Source: Pseudothioglobus sp. nBUS_23 (lineage in GTDB: Bacteria; Pseudomonadota; Gammaproteobacteria; PS1; Pseudothioglobaceae). Taken from it: a stretch of 32,000 nucleotides of DNA. The stretch covers positions 480,001 to 512,000 of the forward strand of contig NZ_CP179200.1 of assembly GCF_051201565.1 (NCBI RefSeq), written 5' to 3'. The translations under genes were made by a program, and so were the position numbers. The notes beneath the pieces are model-generated. The model did no database searches and was not told the origin of the DNA. It worked only from the letters and a program-made list of their open reading frames with translations. Of the stretch, positions 1 through 9,707 are shown piece after piece; positions within the stretch are counted from its first letter, which is position 1; every line of letters starts with the position of its first letter.

Positions 1-453
1 AGAGAATCTGACGTTCGATCGGTTGGAAGAACGGCAATCGGTGTCAGAGGCATTAGGCTAGCAGACAAAGATAGAGTTGTTTCTCTTATTGTTGCCGAGT
101 CAGATGATCCAATTCTTACTGCTACTGAAAAAGGATACGGCAAGAGAACTCAGTTGGATGAATATCGCGCGCAGGCAAGAGGTGGGTCTGGTGTCATTTC
201 AATTAAGACATCAGATAGGAATGGACAAGTTGTTGGCGCTATCCAGGTCACCGATGAAGATGAAATGATGCTCATTTCAGATAAAGGAACGCTTGTAAGA
301 GCAAGGGCGTCTGACGTCTCAATTATCGGACGAAATACTCAAGGAGTTACTTTAATCAACATTGCTGATGATGAGGCTTTAGTATCTGTAGCTAAAATAG
401 CTGAAACTGAGGATGATGATAGCGAAGAAGTTAGTGAGTCATCTGAAGAGTAA
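1..453 (+). CDS. gyrA: DNA gyrase subunit A, C-terminal fragment (5' end outside window)
   Basis: Frame 1 is open from base 1, and the track's Met at 154 is internal. The translation RESDVRSVGRTAIGVRGIRLADKDRVV...TEKGYGKRTQLDEY...GSGVISIKTSDRNGQVVG...MLISDKGTLVRARASDVSIIGRNTQGVTLINI shows the repeated blade pattern of the GyrA C-terminal beta-pinwheel. It ends in an acidic tail, ETEDDDSEEVSESSEE. Confidence 0.85.
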   Translation, partial: RESDVRSVGRTAIGVRGIRLADKDRVVSLIVAESDDPILTATEKGYGKRTQLDEYRAQARGGSGVISIKTSDRNGQVVGAIQVTDEDEMMLISDKGTLVRARASDVSIIGRNTQGVTLINIADDEALVSVAKIAETEDDDSEEVSESSEE

Positions 454-546
454 TATCTCGCTGCACTTGCTATTTCATAGTTCAATTTAATCTTTATTTT
501 GATTTTTATTTGTTTTTTAGAGTTATAAGTCCCTGTAAATTGGATG

Positions 547-579
547 AAAAAAAGGATGGCAATGCCATCCTTTTTTTTT
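547..579 (+). terminator. Rho-independent terminator downstream of gyrA
   Basis: GGATGG (554-559) pairs with CCATCC (565-570). An A-run precedes it (547-553) and a T9 run follows (571-579), then an A-run, so the hairpin is symmetric. Confidence 0.6.
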
Positions 580-608
580 AAAAAAAACTATAAAATTTAT
601 TTTTCTAT

Positions 609-617
609 TGCTATAAT
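609..617 (+). promoter_or_regulatory. Candidate extended -10 element (TGcTATAAT) for the proX-like gene
   Basis: TG at 609-610, one base, then TATAAT at 612-617, about 65 nt upstream of the ATG at 681. AGGAG RBS at 667-671. No convincing -35. Confidence 0.35.
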
Positions 618-680
618 CATTTTAGAGTATGAAATTGTTCACTCTCTGTTTTTAAAATAATCCTTTAGGAGAAAGAAAAT

Positions 681-1694
681 ATGAATATTAAATTCACGAC
701 TAAAGTATTTGGTGTGGTAGCTGCAGCTTTATTGCTCAGCACTTCAGCGAATGCTGCAAAATGTGGAAAAGTTACAATTGCAGATATGAACTGGGCTTCA
801 GCTTCATTGATGGCAAATGTTGACAAAGCTATGTTAGAGGCGATGGGCTGTGAAGTTGAGCTAGTTGCTGGTTCAACAATGCCTACATTCACTTCAATGA
901 ATGAAACTGGTCAACCTGATGTTGCACCAGAGATTTGGGCAAATGCAATGGCAGATCTAGTTGACAGTGCTGTTGGCGCTGGACGTTTACACATTGGTAA
1001 TATTGCACCAATGAGTGGACTTGGAGAAGGTTGGTGGGTTCTTCCTCACACACTTGATGCTCACCCAGAGCTGACTACTGCGCAAGCAATTCTAGCGCGT
1101 CCTGACTTATTCCCAGACAAAGAAGACCCTTCAAGAGGTGCCTTCCATGGCTGCCCTGCTGGTTGGGGTTGCCAATTGTCAAATCAAAGCCTTTACAAAG
1201 CGTTCGATATGGAAGCTTTGGGTTGGAACCTGATTGATCCAGGTTCTGCTGCAGGACTTGACGGTTCAATTGCAAAGGCATCTGAGCAAGGTGAAAACTG
1301 GTTTGGTTACTACTGGAACCCAACTTCACTAGTTGGAAAGTATGGTTTGACAGCTGTTGATTTTGGTGTCCCATATGCTGGTGATGACAATTGGGTTGGA
1401 TGTATCGCACTAGGAGCTGATAACTGTTCAGATCCTGAGCCATCAGCATGGATTAACTCACGTGTTAACACTCTACTTAGTGATAATATGTTCTATAACG
1501 GACCTAAAGGAGCTATGGATTACTTTAAAGCTCGCACATGGCCTGGTAGTGTCATGAACGAAATGCTAGTTTGGATGGAAGATACAGGTGGAACTGGAGC
1601 GGACGCTTCTGTTGAGTTCTTATCTTCTCATGGAGATGTTTGGAAAGCTTGGGTAAGCGCCGATGTTGCTGCCTCAGTAGAAGCTTCTCTATAA
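681..1694 (+). CDS. proX: ABC transporter substrate-binding protein, glycine betaine/quaternary-amine (ProX/OpuAC) family, secreted
   Basis: AGGAG sits 9 nt upstream. N-terminal signal peptide MNIKFTTKVFGVVAAALLLSTSANA. Features I associate with ProX-type binding proteins are present: the ADMNWASA start, GCPAGWGCQ and aromatic-rich WFGYYWNP. It lies directly upstream of the matching permease and ATPase genes. The substrate (betaine, choline, TMAO, DMSP and so on) cannot be resolved by eye. Confidence 0.85.
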   Translation: MNIKFTTKVFGVVAAALLLSTSANAAKCGKVTIADMNWASASLMANVDKAMLEAMGCEVELVAGSTMPTFTSMNETGQPDVAPEIWANAMADLVDSAVGAGRLHIGNIAPMSGLGEGWWVLPHTLDAHPELTTAQAILARPDLFPDKEDPSRGAFHGCPAGWGCQLSNQSLYKAFDMEALGWNLIDPGSAAGLDGSIAKASEQGENWFGYYWNPTSLVGKYGLTAVDFGVPYAGDDNWVGCIALGADNCSDPEPSAWINSRVNTLLSDNMFYNGPKGAMDYFKARTWPGSVMNEMLVWMEDTGGTGADASVEFLSSHGDVWKAWVSADVAASVEASL

Positions 1695-1728
1695 CTGAAA
1701 GACCAGTAAGTTAATACTTACTAAAAAA

Positions 1729-1765
1729 ATTGCCCGTAGTTAAGTCGAATGCGGGCAATTTTTTA
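1729..1765 (+). terminator. Intra-operon Rho-independent terminator/attenuator after the binding-protein gene
   Basis: ATTGCCCG (1729-1736) pairs with CGGGCAAT (1752-1759), followed by a T-run through 1764 and preceded by an A7 run. Confidence 0.6.
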
Positions 1766-1856
1766 TTATTAAATCAATTCAAAAGTTATTAGACTAATTG
1801 CTAATAATTTTTGAATTGAAACTGTTAGAATATGCAGAAAATTAAAGGAGCTCATT

Positions 1857-4028
1857 ATGGCAGCAGTTAGGCCTCTACCTCAACAAAGCATTATTGAATG
1901 TATACCCCCTGCTTCTGAAATTGCAGATCTAAGGATACTCAATAAGGATCTGAATTTTATACAGGCGATGACCAAGAGGGCGGATGATCTCAATGCTCAA
2001 GCACAAGCTGCAACTGATTATTCTGAGTTAGTAAAGATATCGGATAGTTTTTCTAAGCTTGCTGAAAGGGCTGAAGTAAAAACAAAAACCTTAAAAGAGC
2101 TAACTAATGATTCAAACCCACTAACTGAAGTGAATAGCTCGGCAGAGCTTCTTGAAAAGGTTCAAGTCTTATCTCAAACGCTTGAGTCAAAAACACAAGA
2201 GCTTTCTGGTTTATATAACTCTAATGAAAGTTCATTGATTGATAGTTATGAAAGTTCCATTGCAGAATTAAATAATCAGGTTGATTTGACATCGTCCCCA
2301 GATGGAGTAGTTGCTCTATTTCCTCAAATAGAATCTCTGTTTCAAGAGATAGAAGAAAATACTCGATATGTAAGTAATAGTTCTGAAGCTTCTACTTTAA
2401 CTGAAAATGTTCAGAAACTTTCAAGTAATTATGCAGATAAGGCGGAGCAGTATAGCGACGCATTTATGAATGAAATGGGTTCTCAGATTGCTTTGCTTAA
2501 TGACGGCATCAATTCTTTGAGAGCAAATATTGACTATCTTAACTCAAACTCCTCAGTTCAGTCACACCTTGAGAGGCTCTCTGAGATTAGAGAGCAAGTG
2601 AATGCATCTGCCTCAATCTACAAGAATTATCCGGGTGCTCGTGATATGGTTTACAACCTTGATACTGTTAGTATCTCTACGCATGCAAGAGTTGAACAAA
2701 TGGCTAATAGTTACGAGATTGTCTCTGAAGAATTAATGCCTTTGGTTGATAACCCTGAGGCTCTCGTAAGAGCAGTCAAAGAAGCTGCGATAAGAACCGA
2801 TGTTTCAACCATTGAAAATGTTCTTATTCCTCTTACTAATAAAGCCAATGAGCTCAGTGCAAAAGTGATTGAACTTGCTGGACGCTATGATGCAGGAAAC
2901 TACGGAGATATTAAGGTCAGGGCCGTCTCAAATTTTGATAAAACAGTAGAGCGACTTGACAGACAATACATTGCAATAAGATCTACCGACCCTGAGGCTT
3001 TGGCAGCTAATATATCGGGCTTATCAAGCAATATTGAAAGTAATATGAGTGCAATCAGATCTGTTGATCCTTCCTCTCAAACTGAATATTTTGCATCATT
3101 AAATTCAAGAGTTGTTGACTCTGTAAATACCTCCGATTTCAGCATATTTGTGAATAACGTCATTTCCATACCAGGCGATGTGATGATGAGCTCCAGAAAC
3201 TGCGTTGATGCTGCGTTTAAAGACTTCACAAGAGAGTTTGGAAACAATATCGAGTCATTCTTTGACCCCCTCTTAACTTTTTTGATTGTCATTGAAAAGC
3301 TACTTCTGTCAACTCCTTGGCCTATCTTTTTGGCTGTGGCTGGCGCTCTTGCATGGCTAGGTTCCAGAAGCATTAAAGTCTCAATTGGTGTTATGGCAGC
3401 ATTCTTTGTGATTGGTTTCCTAGATATGTGGGAGCCAATGGTCTCTACCGTAACGATGATTTCAGCGGCAACATTGCTCTGCCTAGCGCTAGGTATACCG
3501 CTCGGAATTTGGATGTCTCGATCCGATCGAGCGCAATCCTGGATTACGCCTGTTTTAGACATTATGCAGACCATCCCATCTTTCGTATATTTGATTCCGG
3601 TAGTTATGATGCTTGGAATTGGAAAGGTTCCAGGGCTTATTGCAGTATGTATCTACGCAATGCCGCCAATTGTAAGGCTAACGAATTTAGGTATTCGTTT
3701 AGTTGATAAAGAGGCCATGGAGGCGGCTGATGCATTTGGAGCGACTTATAGGCAGAGACTATTTATGGTTCAAATGCCACTAGCACTTCCTAATATTTTT
3801 GCTGGTATCAACCAAACCATTATGATGGCCTTAGCCATGGTTGTAATTGCGTCAATGATTGGCGTGGCAGGCTTAGGTTTGCCGGTATTACAAGCTGTTC
3901 AAAACCAATTCCTATCAATGGGAATGCTTAATGGCTTAGCAATTGTTGCTCTTGCTGTCATTTTTGATAGAGTTTCACAGGCATTTGGTACCAGAATACA
4001 GAAACACCGTTCAGGAGACGTACTATGA
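1857..4028 (+). CDS. proW: ABC betaine/proline-type permease (ProW/OpuAB core, C-terminal ~285 aa) fused to a ~435-aa N-terminal extension of unknown function
   Basis: Uninterrupted 723-codon ORF with a strong RBS: AGGAG at 1846-1850, 6 nt before the ATG at 1857. The C-terminal part has the ProW core: IPGD...FFDPLL lead-in, about 7 hydrophobic segments, IMQTIPSFVYLIP, and the EAA-type coupling loop EAADAFGATYRQRLFMVQMPLALP. Residues 1-435 are S/N/E/L-rich, look helical and have no hydrophobic segment. Confidence 0.85.
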   Translation: MAAVRPLPQQSIIECIPPASEIADLRILNKDLNFIQAMTKRADDLNAQAQAATDYSELVKISDSFSKLAERAEVKTKTLKELTNDSNPLTEVNSSAELLEKVQVLSQTLESKTQELSGLYNSNESSLIDSYESSIAELNNQVDLTSSPDGVVALFPQIESLFQEIEENTRYVSNSSEASTLTENVQKLSSNYADKAEQYSDAFMNEMGSQIALLNDGINSLRANIDYLNSNSSVQSHLERLSEIREQVNASASIYKNYPGARDMVYNLDTVSISTHARVEQMANSYEIVSEELMPLVDNPEALVRAVKEAAIRTDVSTIENVLIPLTNKANELSAKVIELAGRYDAGNYGDIKVRAVSNFDKTVERLDRQYIAIRSTDPEALAANISGLSSNIESNMSAIRSVDPSSQTEYFASLNSRVVDSVNTSDFSIFVNNVISIPGDVMMSSRNCVDAAFKDFTREFGNNIESFFDPLLTFLIVIEKLLLSTPWPIFLAVAGALAWLGSRSIKVSIGVMAAFFVIGFLDMWEPMVSTVTMISAATLLCLALGIPLGIWMSRSDRAQSWITPVLDIMQTIPSFVYLIPVVMMLGIGKVPGLIAVCIYAMPPIVRLTNLGIRLVDKEAMEAADAFGATYRQRLFMVQMPLALPNIFAGINQTIMMALAMVVIASMIGVAGLGLPVLQAVQNQFLSMGMLNGLAIVALAVIFDRVSQAFGTRIQKHRSGDVL

Positions 4029-5068
4029 CTCAGGACATTAAAGTTAAAATTTCTAACCTGACTAAAATTTTTGGTCCCAAGGCCGAGTCTGTCCTAAAGC
4101 ACGTGGATAATGGAATGGGTAAAGATGATCTCCTCAAGGAGCACAAGCATGTTCTTGGCTTAAGTAATATTAATCTTGAGTTAGCCAACAAGAACATTGA
4201 AGTGATCATGGGGCTTTCTGGATCTGGAAAGTCAACACTGATTCGTCATATTAATAGACTCATAGAACCAACTGCTGGATCAATAATGATTGGTGGAGAG
4301 GATGTTATTCAGATGCCTATGGAAAAGTTAAGGCAGTTTAGACAACAGAAAACTGCAATGGTATTTCAAAGCTTTGCATTACTCCCTCACAAAACGATTA
4401 TGGAGAATGTTTGTCTTGGTGTTCATTTGCAAGGGATAAAGGCAGATGAGGCTACTAGCAGAGCAAAGAGGTGGATTGATCGAGTTGGATTAACTGGTTA
4501 TGAAGATCGTTACCCCTCGCAATTATCAGGTGGTATGCAGCAGCGTGTTGGTCTTGCTAGAGCGCTGACCTGTGATACAGAGATTCTGATGATGGATGAG
4601 GCGTTTAGTGCTCTGGATCCATTAATTCGAAGTGATATGCAAGATTTGCTTTTAGAGCTTCAAGAGGAGCTTCACAAGACGATTATTTTCATTACTCATG
4701 ATCTTGATGAGGCCCTTAAGATTGGAGACAGAATTGCGATTCTTAATGGTGGTGAGCTCGTTCAGCATGGTACGTCTCAGGAGATTCTAATGACGCCTGC
4801 TGATGACTACGTTAGAGACTTTGTTAAAAAGGTGAATCGCTCACATGTTCTTCATGCAAATTCAGTGATGACTGATCAGAAGCCAGCAAAAGGTTCTACC
4901 AATATTAAAGTTAATGAAATGGATTCAGTCGATTCAGTGTTGTGTGAGATGTTAAGGCAGAATGCAGACTGCTGCATTGTGCAGGATTCCAACGGATCAG
5001 ATATCGGCTACCTAAACAAGAAAGATATAGCTGAGGTTGTTCAGCCACTAGAGGCTGTTGACAATTAA
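4025..5068 (+). CDS. proV: ABC betaine/proline-type ATPase (ProV/OpuAA) with a C-terminal CBS-like regulatory region
   Basis: ATGA start/stop overlap with the permease gene. Walker [11 protein letters not shown]-loop [11 protein letters not shown], signature [15 protein letters not shown], Walker [14 protein letters not shown]-loop ITHDL. Confidence 0.9.
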   Translation: MTQDIKVKISNLTKIFGPKAESVLKHVDNGMGKDDLLKEHKHVLGLSNINLELANKNIEVIMGLSGSGKSTLIRHINRLIEPTAGSIMIGGEDVIQMPMEKLRQFRQQKTAMVFQSFALLPHKTIMENVCLGVHLQGIKADEATSRAKRWIDRVGLTGYEDRYPSQLSGGMQQRVGLARALTCDTEILMMDEAFSALDPLIRSDMQDLLLELQEELHKTIIFITHDLDEALKIGDRIAILNGGELVQHGTSQEILMTPADDYVRDFVKKVNRSHVLHANSVMTDQKPAKGSTNIKVNEMDSVDSVLCEMLRQNADCCIVQDSNGSDIGYLNKKDIAEVVQPLEAVDN

Positions 5069-6633
5069 TGCTCCCTTGTTGCGCTGAACGTTAAATCTGG
5101 ATGCCGCTCTAAGGTGAGTTGAAGATTAACCATGCTTGGCGCTAGATAAGTCAGCATGCCGGCGCTATCAATGGCAATATTATTACCAGCTTTGATCTTT
5201 AATTGCTCAATGTCTTTGTCTGAGCCGCTTACCCATCTTGCAGTTGCAACGTTGATTGTTTCGAACTGACAATCAACACCGTACTCATACTTGAGTCTAT
5301 GTGCAACAACATCGAATTGTAATATGCCGACAGCTCCTAAAATTTGAGAGCTGTTTGAAGTGGGTCTGAAAACTTGAGTCGCTCCCTCCTCTGAAAGCTG
5401 ATCTAATCCTTTTTGAAGTGCTTTAGCTTTCAAAGGGTCTTTAAGCTGAGCCCTTCTGAATAGCTCTGGAGCAAAGTTTGGTATTCCCTGAAAATTGATT
5501 TTCTCACCTTGAGTAAAGGTGTCACCTATACCAATTCCACCATGATTGTGAATCCCAATAACATCACCAGCATGAGCTAGATCAGTTGAGCTTCTTTCTC
5601 TTGACATAAAGGTAACAGCGTTAGCAATCTTGATTTGTTTGCCAGTTGAAACTTGAAGGACTTTCATTCCTTTTTGATACTCCCCGCTCACTATTCGCAT
5701 AAAGGCTAAGCGGTCATGGTGTTTTGGATCCATATTAGCCTGAATTTTAAATACGAAGCCTGATAGTTTGTTTTCATCCGGCATAACCATTCTAGAATCA
5801 CTCTCTCGTCCCTGAGGAGTAGGAGCATATTGAATAAATCCATCAAGCAGGTTTTCAATGCCAAAATTATTAATTGCTGAGCCAAAAAAAACTGGAGTCT
5901 GTTTACCTTCCAGAAATTCATCTAAACTGAAAGGATTTGTTGTTCCTGCAATGAGCTCAATTTCATCACGAGCCTCGTTAGCCAAGTTTTCTCCAAGAGC
6001 TTCATCTAGCTGAGTATTGTTGATTCCATCAATTATAGTATTGTCACCGATACTCGCATTTTTTCCACTTTCAAAAAGATAAACCTTGTCCTCAAGAAGA
6101 TGATAAACACCTTTAAAGCCCTTGCCCATTCCAATTGGCCAAGTTATTGGTGAGCATTCAATGTTTAAGACAGACTCCACCTCATCAAGGAGTTCAATGG
6201 GCTCCTTACCCTCACGATCCAGCTTGTTAATAAATGTCAAAATAGGCGTATCTCTTAGCCTACAAACCTCCATGAGCTTAATAGTTCTCTGCTCAACGCC
6301 TTTGGCAACATCGATAACCATTAGTGCTGAGTCAACAGCTGTTAGTGTTCGGTATGTGTCCTCAGAAAAGTCTTCATGTCCTGGAGTATCTAATAGGTTA
6401 ATGACATGATTATCATACGGAAACTGCATGACAGATGAGGTCACTGAAATTCCTCTCTCTTTTTCCATTTCCATCCAGTCACTCGTGGCATGAGTATCAG
6501 CCTTTCTGGCTTTAACGCTACCAGCAGTTTTGATAGCACCGCCATATAGCAAGAGTTTTTCTGTGACGGTCGTCTTGCCTGCATCTGGATGAGAAATAAT
6601 CGCAAAAGTGCGACGCTTAGAAATTTCAGACAT
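5065..6633 (-). CDS. prfC: Peptide chain release factor 3 (translational GTPase)
   Basis: [34 protein letters not shown]... with G1 AHPDAGKTT-type, DTPGHEDF and NKLD motifs. Length of 522 aa is typical for RF3. Confidence 0.92.
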   Translation of the reverse strand: MSEISKRRTFAIISHPDAGKTTVTEKLLLYGGAIKTAGSVKARKADTHATSDWMEMEKERGISVTSSVMQFPYDNHVINLLDTPGHEDFSEDTYRTLTAVDSALMVIDVAKGVEQRTIKLMEVCRLRDTPILTFINKLDREGKEPIELLDEVESVLNIECSPITWPIGMGKGFKGVYHLLEDKVYLFESGKNASIGDNTIIDGINNTQLDEALGENLANEARDEIELIAGTTNPFSLDEFLEGKQTPVFFGSAINNFGIENLLDGFIQYAPTPQGRESDSRMVMPDENKLSGFVFKIQANMDPKHHDRLAFMRIVSGEYQKGMKVLQVSTGKQIKIANAVTFMSRERSSTDLAHAGDVIGIHNHGGIGIGDTFTQGEKINFQGIPNFAPELFRRAQLKDPLKAKALQKGLDQLSEEGATQVFRPTSNSSQILGAVGILQFDVVAHRLKYEYGVDCQFETINVATARWVSGSDKDIEQLKIKAGNNIAIDSAGMLTYLAPSMVNLQLTLERHPDLTFSATREH

Positions 6634-6638
6634 GATAA

Positions 6639-7205
6639 CTAGGCCTTAGGTAGAGTTACACCAGTTTGGCCTTGGTATTTTCCATTTCTATCTTTATAGG
6701 AGGTTTCGCACATCTCGTCAGACTCAAAAAAGAGCATTTGGGCTACGCCTTCATTCGCATAAATCTTTGCTGGAAGGGGGGTTGTATTTGAAAATTCAAG
6801 AGTGACATGCCCCTCCCACTCAGGCTCAAGCGGAGTAACATTCACAATGATTCCACATCTTGCATAGGTTGATTTTCCAAGACAAATGACAAGCGTTGAT
6901 CGCGGAATCTTAAAGTACTCAACTGTGCTTGCTAGTGCAAAAGAGTTAGGCGGAATTATGCACTCGTTAGCATTGACCTCGACAAAGCTTTGTTCATCGA
7001 AATTTTTAGGATCTACAATATTGTGATTTATATTGGTAAAAATTTTAAATTCAGTTGAGCACCTAACGTCATAGCCATAGCTTGAGGTTCCGTAAGAGAT
7101 AATCTTCTGATTCTCTGACTTACGAATTTGTTGTGGCTCGAATGGAGTGATCATCTCACTTTCTTGAGACATTTTTTTAATCCATTTGTCTGATTTAATA
7201 CTCAT
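6639..7205 (-). CDS. dcd: dCTP deaminase
   Basis: 188 aa. [10 protein letters not shown]...[13 protein letters not shown]...IPPNSFALA...EYFKIP, with a C-terminal [11 protein letters not shown], matches the Dcd family pattern. Confidence 0.9.
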   Translation of the reverse strand: MSIKSDKWIKKMSQESEMITPFEPQQIRKSENQKIISYGTSSYGYDVRCSTEFKIFTNINHNIVDPKNFDEQSFVEVNANECIIPPNSFALASTVEYFKIPRSTLVICLGKSTYARCGIIVNVTPLEPEWEGHVTLEFSNTTPLPAKIYANEGVAQMLFFESDEMCETSYKDRNGKYQGQTGVTLPKA

Positions 7206-7239
7206 GGGACGATATTTTACAGTTCAAAGCTTTGGTGAG

Positions 7240-8325
7240 TTATCTAATCTTGATGCTTGCCAGGCTAATTAGAACAAGAATTAGCGTTACAATCCAAAAG
7301 CGCACAATAATCTTGGGCTCTTTGAGACCTTTTTTTTCAAAGTGGTGATGAATTGGTGCCATCTTAAAGAACCTCTTTTGCGTTCTCTTATAGTATGCTA
7401 TTTGAATGATCACTGACAAAGTTTCTGCTACAAATATTCCACCCATAAGGATTAATAAAATTTCTTGATGGACAATAATGGCAATGACAGCCAGTACTGC
7501 CCCCAGCGCTAAAGATCCAGTATCACCCATAAAAATTTCAGCTGGGTAGGTGTTAAACCATAAGAAACCAAAGCCTGCCCCTATAAGAGCCGCACATAAA
7601 ACAAATGCCTCTCCTGTTCCAGGCATGAATGGCATGTTGAGATAGCCAGAAAAATTATAGTTACCACCAATATAGGCAAAGACCCCAAGGGCGCCACTAA
7701 TAATAATAACGGGCATAATGGCCAAGCCATCTAAACCATCTGTCAAGTTAACAGAGTTTGAGCCACCAACAATTGCAAACCAGCCAATAATTAAAAAACC
7801 TATTGCATTAAGGGGAATGATTAGATCTTTAAAGAAAGGAATTAAGAGTTCAGCGCCAATGGTTTTTGAATTTAAACTGAGAAGCCAAAAACAGATCAAA
7901 AGGGTGCTAATTGTTTGTGCTGAGAGTTTTTGTCTTCGGCTTAGTCCATCAGAGTTCTGTTTTTTGATCTTTAAGTAGTCATCAATAAAGCCTATTGAAC
8001 TAAACAAAAGCGCAGTAACAATGACTATCCAAAGGAATGGGTTTTGCCAGTCACCCCAAATTAAAACACTAATAAAAAAAGCAAAGAAAATAAGGACGCC
8101 ACCCATCGTCGGAGTCCCTTTCTTTTCAAGATGCGTTTCAGGGCCATCATCACGAATGACCTGTCCAATTTGATACTCTTGAAGCTTACCAATAATCCAT
8201 TTACCTAAAAGCAAGGTAATCAGAAGAGCTGTCATCATCGCAAAGACCGCCCTAACAGTCAGATAACTTAGAACATTGAATCCAGTATCTAGTGAAGAGA
8301 GAAAGCTTAAAAGCTCAAGAAACAT
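7240..8325 (-). CDS. mraY: Phospho-N-acetylmuramoyl-pentapeptide transferase
   Basis: 361 aa, collinear with my recollection of E. coli MraY: [87 protein letters not shown]...LASIKIR. Confidence 0.93.
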   Translation of the reverse strand: MFLELLSFLSSLDTGFNVLSYLTVRAVFAMMTALLITLLLGKWIIGKLQEYQIGQVIRDDGPETHLEKKGTPTMGGVLIFFAFFISVLIWGDWQNPFLWIVIVTALLFSSIGFIDDYLKIKKQNSDGLSRRQKLSAQTISTLLICFWLLSLNSKTIGAELLIPFFKDLIIPLNAIGFLIIGWFAIVGGSNSVNLTDGLDGLAIMPVIIISGALGVFAYIGGNYNFSGYLNMPFMPGTGEAFVLCAALIGAGFGFLWFNTYPAEIFMGDTGSLALGAVLAVIAIIVHQEILLILMGGIFVAETLSVIIQIAYYKRTQKRFFKMAPIHHHFEKKGLKEPKIIVRFWIVTLILVLISLASIKIR

Positions 8326-8327
8326 GC

Positions 8328-9320
8328 CTAGTTATCCTCAGCAGAAATGAGTATTAAATCAAAGATTAAGAAGGCATCTTGAGGAATGTTTCCACTAGGA
8401 GCATTCCCAAAGACTGATTCATAAGTCGCAATTGCAGTTCGCTTCTCTCCAATCGTCATCTTTTGAACATTTGTCTCTATGATGCTGATAATCTCACCCG
8501 TTCCCAAAGGAAAAGGAATGGGGCTTCCTGGAGGGCGCATAATCTCACCAGTATTTGCACTAAGAGCAATATCCACTGTCACCACTTGACCAACACTTGC
8601 GAAATCCCCACTGCCCTCTGAAGTGATAGTTGTGAAGTAGCCTAAATCGTCTTTTACAGCATCTGGAAAATTCGAGGCTACATAGGATTCAAAATCTTTT
8701 TGGCGAAGATTCTGTTGAGCAATAATAGCTTCATTGGCTTTTTCAATTAAGGAATTAAAAGAATCTTCGTTAGCTACAAATTTATTTGCTTCTTCACCAA
8801 TGCGCTCAATTCTTACCGTTTCTAAAACGTCACCCTGTTCAATAGCATTAACAACATCCATGCCCTCAACTACGCTCCCAAATACGCTGTGCTTTCCATC
8901 AAGCCAGGGCGTAGGTACATGTGTAATGAAGAATTGTGAGCCGTTGGTATTAGGGCCAGAATTAGCCATCGATAGTACTCCAGGTCTGTCATGAATAAGA
9001 TCACTAAATTCATCTGCGAACATATATCCAGGTCCACCCGTCCCGTTACCCTTTGGGTCACCACCCTGAATCATAAACTCATCAATGACTCTATGAAAAG
9101 TTAGCCCGTCATAATAGGGAGTGCCAAGATCTTTTATACTCTGCTTTGTCCCCTCAGCAAGTGCAATAAAGTTTGTAACGGTAAGAGGTGCTTTTTTATA
9201 GGCAAGTTCAACTGTAATTTCTCCCTTGTTTGTTTGAAGATGAGCAAAGATGCCATCATCAAGACTTGCAAAAGAAAGAGTTGAAATGAGAATTGAAAAG
9301 ATAGCTAGAAGTTTACGCAT
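8328..9320 (-). CDS. Secreted dual-domain peptidyl-prolyl isomerase: cyclophilin domain plus C-terminal FKBP-like domain
   Basis: Cyclophilin motifs [44 protein letters not shown] and [10 protein letters not shown]. The C-terminal ~120 aa follow the FKBP pattern: [11 protein letters not shown]...[32 protein letters not shown]...[16 protein letters not shown] place the start at the ATG at 9320 ([18 protein letters not shown] signal peptide). The track's longer ORF begins at a TTG at 9365, and an ATG at 9362 is also possible. Confidence 0.8.
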   Translation of the reverse strand: MRKLLAIFSILISTLSFASLDDGIFAHLQTNKGEITVELAYKKAPLTVTNFIALAEGTKQSIKDLGTPYYDGLTFHRVIDEFMIQGGDPKGNGTGGPGYMFADEFSDLIHDRPGVLSMANSGPNTNGSQFFITHVPTPWLDGKHSVFGSVVEGMDVVNAIEQGDVLETVRIERIGEEANKFVANEDSFNSLIEKANEAIIAQQNLRQKDFESYVASNFPDAVKDDLGYFTTITSEGSGDFASVGQVVTVDIALSANTGEIMRPPGSPIPFPLGTGEIISIIETNVQKMTIGEKRTAIATYESVFGNAPSGNIPQDAFLIFDLILISAEDN

Positions 9321-9387
9321 AATAACCATAGAAATAAAATGATTAATGATACCCAAAATCATCAATATTTTAGAGCTGTTACGTTAA

Positions 9388-9699
<312 letters not shown>

Positions 9700-9707
9700 T
9701 AAAGTTT

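Noticed and set aside
3077-3574. 165-aa ORF antisense to the proW core. Similar antisense or out-of-frame track ORFs occur at 665-892, 1075-1449, 3428-3706, 5706-5921, 6122-6409, 7718-7978, 8734-8994, 10483-10719, 11472-11738, 17270-17791, 18761-19000, 23358-23744, 23880-24188, 25268-25489, 25687-25923, 27189-27386 and 28348-29225.
   Set aside because: Each lies entirely inside a longer ORF on the other strand or frame that has clear family motifs. Their translations are low-complexity or lack recognisable motifs and RBSs. They are shadow ORFs of the kind expected opposite real genes.
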